From: Gammaproteobacteria bacterium
GTDB lineage: Bacteria > Pseudomonadota > Gammaproteobacteria > UBA9214
NCBI GenBank assembly: GCA_029864225.1
Contig: JAOTTU010000001.1
Location: 1-55,616, forward strand
DNA: 55,616 nucleotides
Direction: 5' to 3'
The notes beneath the pieces are model-generated. The model did not search any database. It had not been told where the DNA came from and saw nothing but the letters and a program-made list of their open reading frames with translations. Shown here one piece after another: positions 1-12,035 of this stretch (position 1 is the first letter of the stretch; each line of letters starts with the position of its first letter). Made by a program: the position numbers and the translations under genes.

Positions 1-1017
1 GTCTTCCAGGTTGATCGGCCTGATCTTGGAAGCGTTGCCGGCGGTACCAAAGATCTCGTAACGGTCCCTGCAGATCTCCTTCATGCCAATCGTGGCGGCC
101 TTAAGGTATTTGCGCGGATCGAAGTTGGAAGGATTGTCGTGCAGGTGCTTGCGGATCGCGCCTGTCGATGCCATGCGCAGGTCAGTATCGATATTCACCT
201 TGCGCACGCCGTGCTTGATGCCTTCCTGGATCTCCTCGACCGGTACCCCGTAGGTCTCACCCATGTCGCCACCGTGCTCGTTGATGATCTTCAACCACTC
301 CTGCGGGACAGAGGAAGAACCGTGCATCACCAGGTGGGTATCGGGAATACGGGCGTGTATTTCCTTGATGCGGTCGATGGCGAGGATGTCACCGGTCGGC
401 GGACGCGTAAACTTGTAGGCGCCATGGCTGGTGCCGATGGCAATCGCGAGCGCATCGACCTTGGTGTCCTCGACAAACTTGGCAGCCTCTTCCGGATCGG
501 TCAGCAGCTGGTCGTGCGACAGGACGCCTTCCGCACCGGAACCATCCTCTTCACCGGCCATGCCGGTTTCCAGCGAACCCAGGCAACCCAGCTCACCTTC
601 AACCGACACACCACATGCGTGCGCCATCTCCACCGTGCGGCGCGTGACGTCGACGTTGTACTCGTAGCTCATCGGGGTCTTCATGTCCTCGCCGAGTGAA
701 CCGTCCATCATCACCGAGCTGAAGCCCAGCTGAATCGAACGCTGGCAGACAGCCGGTGAGGCACCGTGGTCCTGGTGCATCACGACCGGGATGTGCGGCC
801 ACTGCTCGATAGCCGCCTGGATCAGGTGACGCAGGAAGGGGGCGCCGGCATAGGAACGCGCACCAGCCGAGGCCTGGCAGATCACCGGGCTGTCGGTCTC
901 GTCGGCCGCCTCCATAATGGCGTGCATCTGTTCCATGTTATTGACATTAAAGGCGGGCACGCCATAGCCGTGCTCGGCAGCGTGGTCCAGCAACTGGCGT
1001 AAAGATATCAGTGCCAT
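1..1017 (-). CDS. fba: Fructose-bisphosphate aldolase, class II (first 339 codons; 3' end lies beyond the left window edge)
   Basis: Not in the ORF track because it is open at the edge. Reading the minus strand from ATG (1015-1017) gives [59 protein letters not shown]..., a class II FBA N-terminus. A GGAG-type RBS lies upstream. Last gene of the tkt-gap-pgk-pyk-fba string. Confidence 0.9.
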   Translation of the reverse strand, partial: MALISLRQLLDHAAEHGYGVPAFNVNNMEQMHAIMEAADETDSPVICQASAGARSYAGAPFLRHLIQAAIEQWPHIPVVMHQDHGASPAVCQRSIQLGFSSVMMDGSLGEDMKTPMSYEYNVDVTRRTVEMAHACGVSVEGELGCLGSLETGMAGEEDGSGAEGVLSHDQLLTDPEEAAKFVEDTKVDALAIAIGTSHGAYKFTRPPTGDILAIDRIKEIHARIPDTHLVMHGSSSVPQEWLKIINEHGGDMGETYGVPVEEIQEGIKHGVRKVNIDTDLRMASTGAIRKHLHDNPSNFDPRKYLKAATIGMKEICRDRYEIFGTAGNASKIRPINLED

Positions 1018-1050
1018 TATTCTCTCCTCAAACTAACAGTTGTGTCGTTG

Positions 1051-1066
1051 AATTGAATATTCAATT
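1051..1066. promoter_or_regulatory. Perfect 16-bp palindrome AATTGAATATTCAATT in the pyk-fba spacer (candidate operator or RNA element)
   Basis: Read directly and self-complementary over all 16 nt. Located 34 nt upstream of the fba ATG and 35 nt downstream of the pyk stop. Confidence 0.3.
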
Positions 1067-1100
1067 AAATTGCGGATCACATAACCCGCCTGCTCAGAAA

Positions 1101-2546
1101 CTATTGTTCGACTATTTCGTGCTCACCAACCCGGATAATCTTCATGGCATTGGTACCACCCAGCACCCCGGCCAGGTCACCCTTGGTTATGATGACGAGG
1201 TCCCCGTCACGCACCGCGCCGCGCCGCATCAGTTCGTCAATCGCCTCCTTGTTGACCTGCGGGTGGTCAGTGGTGGTGACATCAAAGCTCACCGGATAGA
1301 CACCGCGGTAGAGCGTCACCTTTCTACGTGTCTCGACATGACGCGTCAAGGCAAAAATCGGGATACCGGAGCTGATACGTGACATCCACAGGGGGGTTGC
1401 GCCTGACTCGGTCAGCGCCGCAATTGCCTTTACACCCAAATGGTTAGCAGTATATATGGCGGCCTTGGCAATGGCCTCATCGACCCTGCTGAAGCGCACA
1501 TGGGTGCGCCGCTCCGCTGCCACGGTAGCGCGCTGGCTTTCGGCTCCGGCACAGATACGGTCCATGGCCTCGATCACCTTGGCCGGGTACTTTCCGGTTG
1601 CCGTCTCTGCCGAAAGCATCACGGCATCGGTGCCGTCTATCACGGCATTGGCCACGTCGAAGACCTCGGCACGCGTCGGTATCGGGTTCTCGATCATCGA
1701 CTGCATCATCTGGGTTGCGGTAATCACGACGCGGTCCATCGACCGGGCAACCTGGATGATGCGTTTCTGCACCGCCGGCAATTCCGCATCACCGATTTCA
1801 ACGCCCAGGTCGCCACGCGCGATCATGACAGCATCGGTCGCCCCGATGATTTCGTCGAGGGCGTCGAGGGCCTCGGCGCGTTCGATCTTGGCCACGATAC
1901 CCCCGTGACCACCGGCCTCGCGCAGCAGTTCCCGGGCCAGATTGACGTCATCCGCGGAACGCGGAAAGGAAACGGCGACATAATCAGCGCCCATTTTCGC
2001 CGCCACCCGGATATCATGGCGGTCCTTGTCCGTGATCGCAGCCGCCGACAGCCCGCCACCCATCCGGTTGATACCCTTGTTGTTCGATAGCTCACCGCCA
2101 ACCACCACGCGGCACTTGATCTCCGTGCCGACGACCCCCTCCACCCACAGGACCAGGCCGCCGTCATCCAGCAGCAGGGTGTCACCACGGTTGACGTCGT
2201 TCGGCAATTCCTTGTAGGCCAGACCCACGCGCTCGTTGGTCCCGGCCGTCGGGTCCAGCGCGGTATCGAGGGTGAAGTGGCTGTCCTTAACCAGATTCAC
2301 CTTGTTCTCCTGGAACCGCTCGATACGGATCTTCGGGCCCTGCAGGTCGGCCATCACGCCCACCTGATGGCCATGGGCACGGGCCCGGTTGCGCACACTC
2401 TCGGCACGCTTGATATGTTCATCGGGATCGCCATGGGAGAAATTGACCCTGACCACATCCATCCCGGCCTGGATCATGTCATCAAGGACCTGCTTTTCAT
2501 CGGTAGCCGGACCCAGGGTTGCGACGATTTTTGTGCGTCTTGGCAT
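1101..2546 (-). CDS. pyk: Pyruvate kinase
   Basis: 481-aa ORF. N-terminus MPRRTKIVATLGPATD...VVRVNFSHG and the length are typical of bacterial pyruvate kinase. Confidence 0.93.
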   Translation of the reverse strand: MPRRTKIVATLGPATDEKQVLDDMIQAGMDVVRVNFSHGDPDEHIKRAESVRNRARAHGHQVGVMADLQGPKIRIERFQENKVNLVKDSHFTLDTALDPTAGTNERVGLAYKELPNDVNRGDTLLLDDGGLVLWVEGVVGTEIKCRVVVGGELSNNKGINRMGGGLSAAAITDKDRHDIRVAAKMGADYVAVSFPRSADDVNLARELLREAGGHGGIVAKIERAEALDALDEIIGATDAVMIARGDLGVEIGDAELPAVQKRIIQVARSMDRVVITATQMMQSMIENPIPTRAEVFDVANAVIDGTDAVMLSAETATGKYPAKVIEAMDRICAGAESQRATVAAERRTHVRFSRVDEAIAKAAIYTANHLGVKAIAALTESGATPLWMSRISSGIPIFALTRHVETRRKVTLYRGVYPVSFDVTTTDHPQVNKEAIDELMRRGAVRDGDLVIITKGDLAGVLGGTNAMKIIRVGEHEIVEQ

Positions 2547-2626
2547 AGAGTGTCAGTTTCTCTTGTTTATAAGACAGTGGCTTGCGCAGTCATGCTGCGG
2601 GAACCCGTTGCCAGCTGCCGTAGTCC

Positions 2627-3805
2627 TTACTGCGCCCGCTCCTCGAGTATGGCAACGGCCGGGAGTTTCTTGCCTTCGAGAAACTCCAGGAAGGCACCAC
2701 CCCCGGTTGATATATAGGACAGCTTGTCGGCAATATTATATTTATCGACCGCTGCCAGCGTGTCACCGCCACCGGCAATTGAAAAGGCATCCGATTCGGC
2801 AATGGCCTCACCCAGGGTCCGGGTGCCCGCGCCGAACTGGTCGAACTCGAACACGCCAACCGGTCCGTTCCAGACGATGGTACCGGCGCTTTTCATCATG
2901 TCCGCATAGCGTGCCGCGGTCTCCGGCCCGATGTCGAAGATCATGTCATCATCGGTCACGTCCTCGACCTTCTTGACGACAGCCACGGCGGACTCGGAAA
3001 ACTCCTTGCCCACCACGACGTCGGTCGGAACCGGTATCTCGCCACCCTTGGCCCTGGCGGCCTCCATCAGGCGCCTGGCTTCGGGGATCAGATCTTCCTC
3101 GTAGAGGGATTTGCCGACATTGTGGCCACTGGCGGCAATAAAGGTATTGGCGATGCCGCCGCCGGGAATCAGCTGGTCGACCACATGGGAGAGGGATTCG
3201 AGAACGGTGAGCTTGGTCGATACCTTGGAACCGCCGACAATGGCGGCCATGGGGCGTGCCGGGTTGTCCAGTGCCTTGCCCAGCGCCTCGAGTTCACCTG
3301 CCAGCAAGGGCCCGGCACAGGCGACCGGCGCAAACCTGGCCACACCATGGGTCGATGCCTGGGCGCGGTGCGCGGTGCCGAAGGCATCCATGACGAAGAT
3401 GTCGCACAGCGCCGCCATCTTCTTCGACAGCGCCTCGTCGTTACTCATTTCGCCTGCGTTAAAACGGACATTTTCGCAAAGCACGACGTCACCGTCCTTC
3501 ATCGGGCCGACCCCGTTGATCCAGTCCTTCACCATTTCGACATCCCTGCCGAGCAGGGCCGCCAGATGATCGCCGACCGGTATCATGGAGAACTGCTCGT
3601 CATACTCCCCTTCGGTCGGACGGCCCAGGTGGGACATCACCATCACCTTGGCACCGGCCTTCATGGCATGCTCGATGGTCGGGAGACTGGCAAGAATACG
3701 CTGGTCACTGGTGACCTTGCCATCCTTGATGGGCACGTTCAGATCCTGGCGGATCAAGACACGTTTGCCGGCGAGATCGAGATCGGTCATCTTGATTACT
3801 GACAT
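2627..3805 (-). CDS. pgk: Phosphoglycerate kinase
   Basis: 392-aa ORF; [25 protein letters not shown]... matches the Pgk N-terminal pattern along the full length. Confidence 0.95.
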   Translation of the reverse strand: MSVIKMTDLDLAGKRVLIRQDLNVPIKDGKVTSDQRILASLPTIEHAMKAGAKVMVMSHLGRPTEGEYDEQFSMIPVGDHLAALLGRDVEMVKDWINGVGPMKDGDVVLCENVRFNAGEMSNDEALSKKMAALCDIFVMDAFGTAHRAQASTHGVARFAPVACAGPLLAGELEALGKALDNPARPMAAIVGGSKVSTKLTVLESLSHVVDQLIPGGGIANTFIAASGHNVGKSLYEEDLIPEARRLMEAARAKGGEIPVPTDVVVGKEFSESAVAVVKKVEDVTDDDMIFDIGPETAARYADMMKSAGTIVWNGPVGVFEFDQFGAGTRTLGEAIAESDAFSIAGGGDTLAAVDKYNIADKLSYISTGGGAFLEFLEGKKLPAVAILEERAQ

Positions 3806-3840
3806 GACGGCTCCTTAGTAACTATCTCTGTAAAGTCGTG

Positions 3841-3910
3841 TGCCAAGACAGTGCATGGCCTTGGCAAACGATTCTGCTTGAAGATCACCGGCCTGCATTG
3901 CAGGCCGGTG
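3841..3910 (-). other. Two intercistronic stem-loops between gap and pgk
   Basis: CACCGGCCTG-cattg-CAGGCCGGTG (3886-3910; 10-bp perfect stem) and TGCCAAG-n12-CTTGGCA (3841-3866). No U-run follows on the transcribed (minus) strand, so this is more likely an attenuator or mRNA-stability element than a full terminator. Confidence 0.35.
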
Positions 3911-3987
3911 TACTGCTTGGTTCACTTATCTAGCAGGCGGTAGATTTTTCCGGGTACAACGCAGTCACCGGGATTATGTTCCGCTGA

Positions 3988-4998
<1,011 letters not shown>

Positions 4999-5059
4999 TT
5001 AAACGTTTTGCTTGATAGTTGATTTACAATTCTGTTGTTTACGGGGAATCGCGCGCTGT

Positions 5060-7051
5060 TTACAGCAATGCCTCCACCGCCTTGATGACGTTCTCGCTGC
5101 TAATGCCGAAGTGCCTGTAGACATCAGCGGCCGGCGCCGACTCGCCGAAGCTGTCGATGCCGATCACCTTGCCGTTGAGCCCGACATACTTGCGCCAGTA
5201 ATCGGTAACCCCGGCTTCCACTGCAACCCGTGCGGTGACCGCTGCCGGCAGCACGGATTCCTTGTAGGTCGCGTCCTGGGCGTCGAACGCATCGCTCGAT
5301 GGCATGGAGATCACACGAACCTTTTTGCCCTTTCCTGCCAATGCCGCGGCGGCTTCGATGGCCAAGCCGACCTCGGAACCGGTGCCGATGATGATGGCCT
5401 CCGGTGTGCCGTCGCAGTCGGACAGGATATAACCACCACGTTTGATAGCGGCAATCTGCTCCGCCGTGCGCTCCTGGTGCTGGAGATTCTGGCGCGAGAA
5501 GATCAGGCAGCTGGGGCCCTCCTTCTTGTCGATCGCGACCTTCCAGGCCACGGCAGATTCGACCGCATCGCAGGGGCGCCAGACAGACATGCGCGGGATC
5601 ATGCGCAGGGTGGCCGTCTGTTCGACGGCCTGGTGGGTCGGACCGTCCTCGCCCAGACCGATGGAATCATGGGTGTAGACAAAGATGCTATGCACCTTCA
5701 TCAGTGCCGCCATACGCAGGGCGTTGCGGGCATATTCCGAGAACATCAGGAAGGTCGCGCCGTAAGGGATGAAACCGCCGTGCAGGGCGATGCCGTTCAT
5801 AATGGCGGACATGCCGAATTCGCGCACACCGTAGTAGATGTAGTTACCGCCGTTGCCCTTGTTGATGTCCTCCGAGCCCGACCAGATGGTCAGGTTGGAA
5901 CCGGCCAGGTCGGCCGATCCACCCAGCAGTTCCGGCAACATCGGGCCATAGCCATTCAGGCTGTTCTGCGAGGCCTTGCGTGATGCGATGGTCTCGGCCT
6001 TGTCATTCACCGCGGCAATGAACTCGGCGGCCTTGCTGTCCCAGTCGGCCGGCAGTTCACCGGCCATACGACGCTCGAACTCGGCGGCCAGATCGGGATG
6101 GGCCTCCTTGTAGGGGACAAACCTGGCATTCCACTCCTGTTCCGCCGCGGCACCTTTGACCTTTGCGTTCCAGCCGGCATAGACATCGTCCGGCACCACG
6201 AAAGGGGCATGGGGCCAGCCGATGTTTTCTCGCGTGGCGGCGATCTCGTCATCGCCCAGCGGTGCGCCATGGCAGTCATGGGTGCCGGCCATGTTCGGGG
6301 CGCCGAAACCGATCACGGTCTTGCAGCAGATCAGGCTGGGCTTGTCGGTCACGGTGCGCGCCTTCTCAATAGCCTGGCGGATGGCTTCCGGATCGTGGCC
6401 GTCCACGTCGCGCACCACATGCCACTGGTAGGCCTCGAAACGCGCCGGGGTGTCGTCGGTGAACCAGCCGGTGACATGGCCGTCGATGGAGATTCCATTG
6501 TCGTCCCAGAAGGCAATCAGCTTGCCCAGTTTCATGGTGCCGGCCAGCGAGCAGGCCTCGTGGGAGATACCTTCCATCATGCAGCCATCGCCCAGGAACA
6601 CATAGGTGTGATGGTCGACGATAGTGTGGCCGGGGCGATTGAACTGCACTGCCAGGGTCTTTTCCGCGATCGCCATCCCCACGGCGTTGCTAATGCCCTG
6701 ACCCAGCGGACCGGTGGTGGTCTCCACTCCGGGGGCATAGCCGTATTCCGGGTGACCCGGTGTCCTGGAGTGCAGCTGACGGAACGACTTGAGGTCGTCG
6801 ATTCCGAGGTCATAGCCGCTGAGGTGCAGCAGGGAATAGATCAGCATGGAGCCATGGCCGTTGGAAAGCACGAAACGGTCGCGGTCGACCCATTTCGGGT
6901 TGGCCGGGTTGTGCACCAGGTAATCGTTCCACAAGACTTCGGCGATGTCCGCCATGCCCATCGGGGCACCGGGGTGGCCTGACTTAGCCTTCTGCACCGC
7001 ATCCATACTGAGCGCGCGAATTGCATTGGCGAGTTCTTTGCGCTGGGCCAT
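5060..7051 (-). CDS. tkt: Transketolase
   Basis: 663-aa ORF; ...[20 protein letters not shown]... and the [13 protein letters not shown] ThDP motif. Strong AGGAGG RBS upstream of the ATG at 7051. Confidence 0.95.
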   Translation of the reverse strand: MAQRKELANAIRALSMDAVQKAKSGHPGAPMGMADIAEVLWNDYLVHNPANPKWVDRDRFVLSNGHGSMLIYSLLHLSGYDLGIDDLKSFRQLHSRTPGHPEYGYAPGVETTTGPLGQGISNAVGMAIAEKTLAVQFNRPGHTIVDHHTYVFLGDGCMMEGISHEACSLAGTMKLGKLIAFWDDNGISIDGHVTGWFTDDTPARFEAYQWHVVRDVDGHDPEAIRQAIEKARTVTDKPSLICCKTVIGFGAPNMAGTHDCHGAPLGDDEIAATRENIGWPHAPFVVPDDVYAGWNAKVKGAAAEQEWNARFVPYKEAHPDLAAEFERRMAGELPADWDSKAAEFIAAVNDKAETIASRKASQNSLNGYGPMLPELLGGSADLAGSNLTIWSGSEDINKGNGGNYIYYGVREFGMSAIMNGIALHGGFIPYGATFLMFSEYARNALRMAALMKVHSIFVYTHDSIGLGEDGPTHQAVEQTATLRMIPRMSVWRPCDAVESAVAWKVAIDKKEGPSCLIFSRQNLQHQERTAEQIAAIKRGGYILSDCDGTPEAIIIGTGSEVGLAIEAAAALAGKGKKVRVISMPSSDAFDAQDATYKESVLPAAVTARVAVEAGVTDYWRKYVGLNGKVIGIDSFGESAPAADVYRHFGISSENVIKAVEALL

Positions 7052-7168
7052 GTTTTCCTCCTGTCGGATTTGAATACTTTAATTCTTGCGCCATTATGAT
7101 GATGGCGACTCTGGATAGCTCTCGTATGCTCCCGTGAACGGGACCGTCATTGTCACGGGTTCAGTGGC

Positions 7169-7204
7169 AAAAAAAGCCCCGGGTGCCGATCAGCGCACCG
7201 AGGC
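7169..7204 (-). terminator. Candidate intrinsic terminator (minus strand) between the thioredoxin-fold gene and the tkt operon
   Basis: Minus strand reads GCCTCGGTGC-gctgatc-GGCACCCGGGGC followed by TTTTTTT. The GC-rich stem is imperfect and is followed by a 7-U run. Confidence 0.45.
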
Positions 7205-7398
7205 GTTGTACCACTACTAAATTCGTTGGCTATTGTCGGGAAACCGTTCCCGATGCAGACCTGACATTCATCCCTGAATGACGAAGCGCGCTATTTTCCC
7301 CTAGTTTGTGCCACACGGCAAGAGCCGATATCGTCCCCATCGCAGCAAAATGCCAATACTTTATTGCTGCATAACAATAACTTATAAAGAGGCGCTGT

Positions 7399-7968
7399 TC
7401 AGATGCCAGCGGGCCCTTCGCGCCACTTGATGGAGCAGCCGATAGCGGGGATCTGCTCCTCGGGGCCGCGTCCGGTCTCCGCCACCTGGCGCATTGCCTC
7501 GAACAGGTCGCGACGCGCATCCGCCGCTGCCGTCTGCTTGCGGCTGGCGTCCAGGCGGCCCCGGTACTGCAACTCCAACTCACTGTTATATCCGAAGAAA
7601 TCCGGGGTACACACGGCGCCATAGGCCTTGGCCACGGCCTGCGATTCGTCCCACAGGTAGGGAAAGGGGAAATCGTAGTCGCGCGCCACCGCCTGCATGT
7701 TCTCAAAGCTGTCTTCCGGATAGAGGGCCGGGTCATTGGACATGATCGCGGCGCTGTTGATGCCCAGGTCGCGCAGTTCCCGGGTGTCCCGCACCAGGCG
7801 CTCGCGCACCGCCTTGACGTAGGGGCAGTGATTGCAGATGAACATGACCAGCAGGCCGCGCGGGCCGCGGCACTCTTCCAGGCTCCAGACCTTGCCATCC
7901 ACACCGGGGAGGGAAAAGTCCGGGGCGGGTTTGCCGAATTCACACACGGGGGTTTCCAGACTGACCAT
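7399..7968 (-). CDS. Thioredoxin-fold (AhpC/TSA-like, redoxin) family protein
   Basis: ORF 7399..8022 trimmed to the ATG at 7968 (MVSLETPVCEFGKPAPDFSLPG...), which has an AGGATGAGG RBS-like sequence upstream. Redoxin-like layout with a CNHCPYV motif. Confidence 0.8.
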   Translation of the reverse strand: MVSLETPVCEFGKPAPDFSLPGVDGKVWSLEECRGPRGLLVMFICNHCPYVKAVRERLVRDTRELRDLGINSAAIMSNDPALYPEDSFENMQAVARDYDFPFPYLWDESQAVAKAYGAVCTPDFFGYNSELELQYRGRLDASRKQTAAADARRDLFEAMRQVAETGRGPEEQIPAIGCSIKWREGPAGI

Positions 7969-8086
7969 AGCGCACCTCATCCTTATGTAGTGGTATTGGG
8001 CTACTCTAAGAGAATTCCGCAACAGATGAAAATATCACCCACGTAAGGTAGACTTCGCTGTTTGGCCATCTTATATATCGAGAATC

Positions 8087-9268
8087 ATGTATAACTTTCA
8101 TACCTTTACATCTGAATCGGTTTCCGAGGGGCATCCCGACAAGGTCGCCGACCAGATCTCGGACGCCGTCCTCGACGCCATTCTTGAACAGGACCCCAAG
8201 GCGCGTGTGGCCTGCGAGACCATGGTCAAGACCGGCATGGTTATCATAGCCGGCGAGGTTACCACCTCGGCCTGGGTCGACCTGGAAGGGATCGTGCGCA
8301 GCACCGTGCGCACTATCGGCTACAACAGTTCGGACATCGGTTTTGACTGGGAGTCCTGCGCCGTACTCAATGCCATTGGCAAGCAGTCCCCCGACATTGC
8401 CATGGGGGTGGATGAAGGCGAGGACCACGAACAGGGCGCCGGTGACCAGGGCCTGATGTTCGGCTATGCCTCCAGCGAGACCGACGTACTGATGCCGGCA
8501 CCGATCACCTACGCGCACCGTCTGGTGCAGCGCCAGGCCGAGGTACGCAAGAACGGCACCCTGCCGTGGCTGCGTCCGGATGCCAAGAGCCAGGTCACCT
8601 TCCGTTACGAGGACGCCCGCCCGGCGGGCATCGAAGCGGTGGTGCTCTCCACCCAGCACAGCCCTGAGCTGGAACTGAAGACCATCCGCGAGGCGGTCAT
8701 GGACGAAATCATCCTGCCGGTATTGCCGGCGGAATGGATCGGCAAGGACACGCGCTTCTTCATCAATCCGACCGGTCGTTTTGTCATCGGCGGCCCGATG
8801 GGCGACTGCGGGCTGACCGGCCGCAAGATCATCGTCGACACCTACGGCGGCATGGCCCGCCATGGCGGTGGGGCCTTCTCGGGCAAGGATCCCAGCAAGG
8901 TCGACCGTTCTGCCGCCTATGCCGCACGCTATGTGGCCAAGAATATCGTCGCCGCCGGTCTGGCCGAACGCTGTGAAATCCAGCTCTCCTACGCCATCGG
9001 CGTGGCCGAGCCCACCTCGATCAGCGTCAACACCTTTGGTACCGGCGAACTGGAAGAAACCGGCCTGGAGGCACTGATCCGCGAACACTTCGACCTGCGC
9101 CCGCGCGGGCTGGTCGCCATGCTGGACCTGCTCAGGCCGATCTACCGGGACACCGCGGCCTACGGTCACTTCGGTCGCGAGAACGAGCAGTTCACCTGGG
9201 AACAGACCAACCTGGCCGAGGCCCTGCGTGATGCCGCTGGCCTGAAACCCAAAGAAAACATCGCTTGA
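8087..9268 (+). CDS. metK: S-adenosylmethionine synthetase
   Basis: 393-aa ORF; [25 protein letters not shown] and the [19 protein letters not shown] motif. Confidence 0.97.
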   Translation: MYNFHTFTSESVSEGHPDKVADQISDAVLDAILEQDPKARVACETMVKTGMVIIAGEVTTSAWVDLEGIVRSTVRTIGYNSSDIGFDWESCAVLNAIGKQSPDIAMGVDEGEDHEQGAGDQGLMFGYASSETDVLMPAPITYAHRLVQRQAEVRKNGTLPWLRPDAKSQVTFRYEDARPAGIEAVVLSTQHSPELELKTIREAVMDEIILPVLPAEWIGKDTRFFINPTGRFVIGGPMGDCGLTGRKIIVDTYGGMARHGGGAFSGKDPSKVDRSAAYAARYVAKNIVAAGLAERCEIQLSYAIGVAEPTSISVNTFGTGELEETGLEALIREHFDLRPRGLVAMLDLLRPIYRDTAAYGHFGRENEQFTWEQTNLAEALRDAAGLKPKENIA

Positions 9269-9288
9269 TCCAATAAATGAGGGACACC

Positions 9289-10707
<1,419 letters not shown>

Positions 10708-10716
10708 TACACACCA

Positions 10717-10748
10717 TTCACCGCAAAGGCGCAAAGGGCGCAAAGAAA
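10717..10748 (+). repeat. REP-like element, AAAGGCGC flavour (copy A1)
   Basis: TTCACCGCAAAGGCGCAAAGGGCGCAAAGAAA, 10 nt after the ahcY stop. The same 29-mer recurs at 55541. Confidence 0.85.
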
Positions 10749-10840
10749 CCCTTTGAGTAAACGCCTACTCGAATAGTGTTTGCCAAGTCCGCTTTGCACC
10801 AGCGGCGGCAGACACCCGGGAATGCGGGTGAAATGTATTA

Positions 10841-10868
10841 TCTTTCCTTTGCGCCTTTGCGGTGAAAA
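10841..10868 (-). repeat. REP-like element, AAAGGCGC flavour, inverted (copy A2)
   Basis: TCTTTCCTTTGCGCCTTTGCGGTGAAAAT. Its reverse complement matches the A1 head, so the two could form a 20-bp perfect stem. Confidence 0.85.
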
Positions 10869-10888
10869 TATTGTCAATTCGGTAGCCG

Positions 10889-11740
10889 ATGCAAAACACA
10901 TCCCAGATATACAGCTTCGAGTTCTTCCCGCCCAAGACCGCGGACGGCCTTGCCAAGCTGGAGCACACCAGCAGGGTGCTCGCCAACCTGAAACCGCGCT
11001 TCTTCTCGGTGACCTTCGGCGCAGGCGGGTCAACGCGCGACCTGACCTGCGAGGTCGTGGTCGATATCCATGAAAAATCCGGTATAGAGGTCGCCCCGCA
11101 CATCTCCTGCATCAGCTCGACGCAGGAGAATATCCGCGAGATGCTGCAGGCCTACCAGGAGAAGGGCATCAACCATCTCGTGGCTCTCCGCGGCGACATG
11201 CCCTCGGGTATGGCCGAGGCCGGTGAATTCCGTCATGCCAATGAACTGGTCGAGTTCATTCGCGCCGAGACCGGCGATCACTTTCACATCGAGGTGGCCG
11301 CCTACCCGGAATACCATCCCCAGTCGATCAGCCCCGACCGGGACCTGGCGAACTTCAAACGCAAGGTGGAGGCCGGCGCCAACAGCGCGATCACCCAGTA
11401 CTTCTACAACGCGGACGCCTACTTCCACTTTGTCGAGCGCTGCGAACAGGCCGGCATCCACCTGCCCATCGTGCCGGGCATCATGCCGATCACGAATTAC
11501 CACCAGCTGGCGCGCTTTTCGGACGCCTGCGGCGCAGAGATCCCGCGCTGGATCCGCAAGCGCCTGGAAAGTTTTGGCGAGAACCTCGAAGCGATCCGCA
11601 ACTTCGGTGAAGACGTAGTGACAGCCTTGTGCGCCCGGCTGCTGGAGAACGGCGCCCCCGGCCTGCACTTCTATACCCTCAACCGCGCCGAACCGGCGCT
11701 TGCCATCTGGAAGAACCTCGGCCTAAGCCCGGACCAGTAA
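10889..11740 (+). CDS. metF: 5,10-methylenetetrahydrofolate reductase
   Basis: 283-aa ORF; YSFEFFPPKT...SVTFGAGGSTR... typical MetF N-terminus. Confidence 0.93.
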   Translation: MQNTSQIYSFEFFPPKTADGLAKLEHTSRVLANLKPRFFSVTFGAGGSTRDLTCEVVVDIHEKSGIEVAPHISCISSTQENIREMLQAYQEKGINHLVALRGDMPSGMAEAGEFRHANELVEFIRAETGDHFHIEVAAYPEYHPQSISPDRDLANFKRKVEAGANSAITQYFYNADAYFHFVERCEQAGIHLPIVPGIMPITNYHQLARFSDACGAEIPRWIRKRLESFGENLEAIRNFGEDVVTALCARLLENGAPGLHFYTLNRAEPALAIWKNLGLSPDQ

Positions 11741-11756
11741 AAAAACGAAAACATTC

Positions 11757-11787
11757 TTCACCGCAGAGACGCGGAGAGCGCAGAGAA
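11757..11787 (+). repeat. REP-like element, AGAGACGC flavour (copy B1)
   Basis: TTCACCGCAGAGACGCGGAGAGCGCAGAGAA, 17 nt after the metF stop. The 18-mer CACCGCAGAGACGCGGAG recurs at 47598 and 55498. Confidence 0.85.
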
Positions 11788-11916
11788 TATTATTGCAAAA
11801 ACACAGATCCGGCGGATGGCAATTAGACGGAACGTAGTTTCATACACCGTCAACCGCTGTATTTGCACCCATGTTTTACAATCAAGCTGATTTGGTGTTT
11901 TTTACACTATTTGTGC

Positions 11917-11949
11917 TTTTCTCAGCGCCCTCTGCGTCTCTGCGGTAAG
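11917..11949 (-). repeat. REP-like element, AGAGACGC flavour, inverted (copy B2)
   Basis: Reverse complement reads CTTACCGCAGAGACGCAGAGGGCGCTGAGAAAA. Confidence 0.8.
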
Positions 11950-11957
11950 TAGATATT

Positions 11958-11990
11958 GACCTTTGCGTCCTTTGCGTCCTTGCGGTGAGC
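11958..11990 (-). repeat. REP-like element, AAAGGACGC variant, inverted (copy B3)
   Basis: Reverse complement reads GCTCACCGCAAGGACGCAAAGGACGCAAAGGTC. Confidence 0.75.
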
Positions 11991-12035
11991 TGGATTTCCT
12001 ATACATCGAAAAACCGTCAACGGTAGAATCAATCC

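Noticed and set aside
139-699. 186-aa plus-strand ORF at the left edge
   Set aside because: The minus strand here encodes class II FBA, verified by reading from the ATG at 1017. The plus-strand ORF is the antisense frame.
5012-6982. 323-aa and 294-aa plus-strand ORFs opposite tkt
   Set aside because: Antisense to transketolase, whose identity is unambiguous, with low-complexity composition.
7375-7395. GacA box (TGTAAG-N6-CTTACA) upstream of the candidate sRNA
   Set aside because: The minus strand reads TATAAG-ttattg-TTATGC. Only the left half resembles the consensus and there is no dyad symmetry.
7969-8086. SAM or SAH riboswitch upstream of metK-ahcY
   Set aside because: The leader is only about 118 nt up to the divergent gene, and I could find none of the conserved SAH-riboswitch (GAGGAGCGC...) or SAM-I/II core strings. 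metK and ahcY are 8-20 nt apart, which leaves no room.
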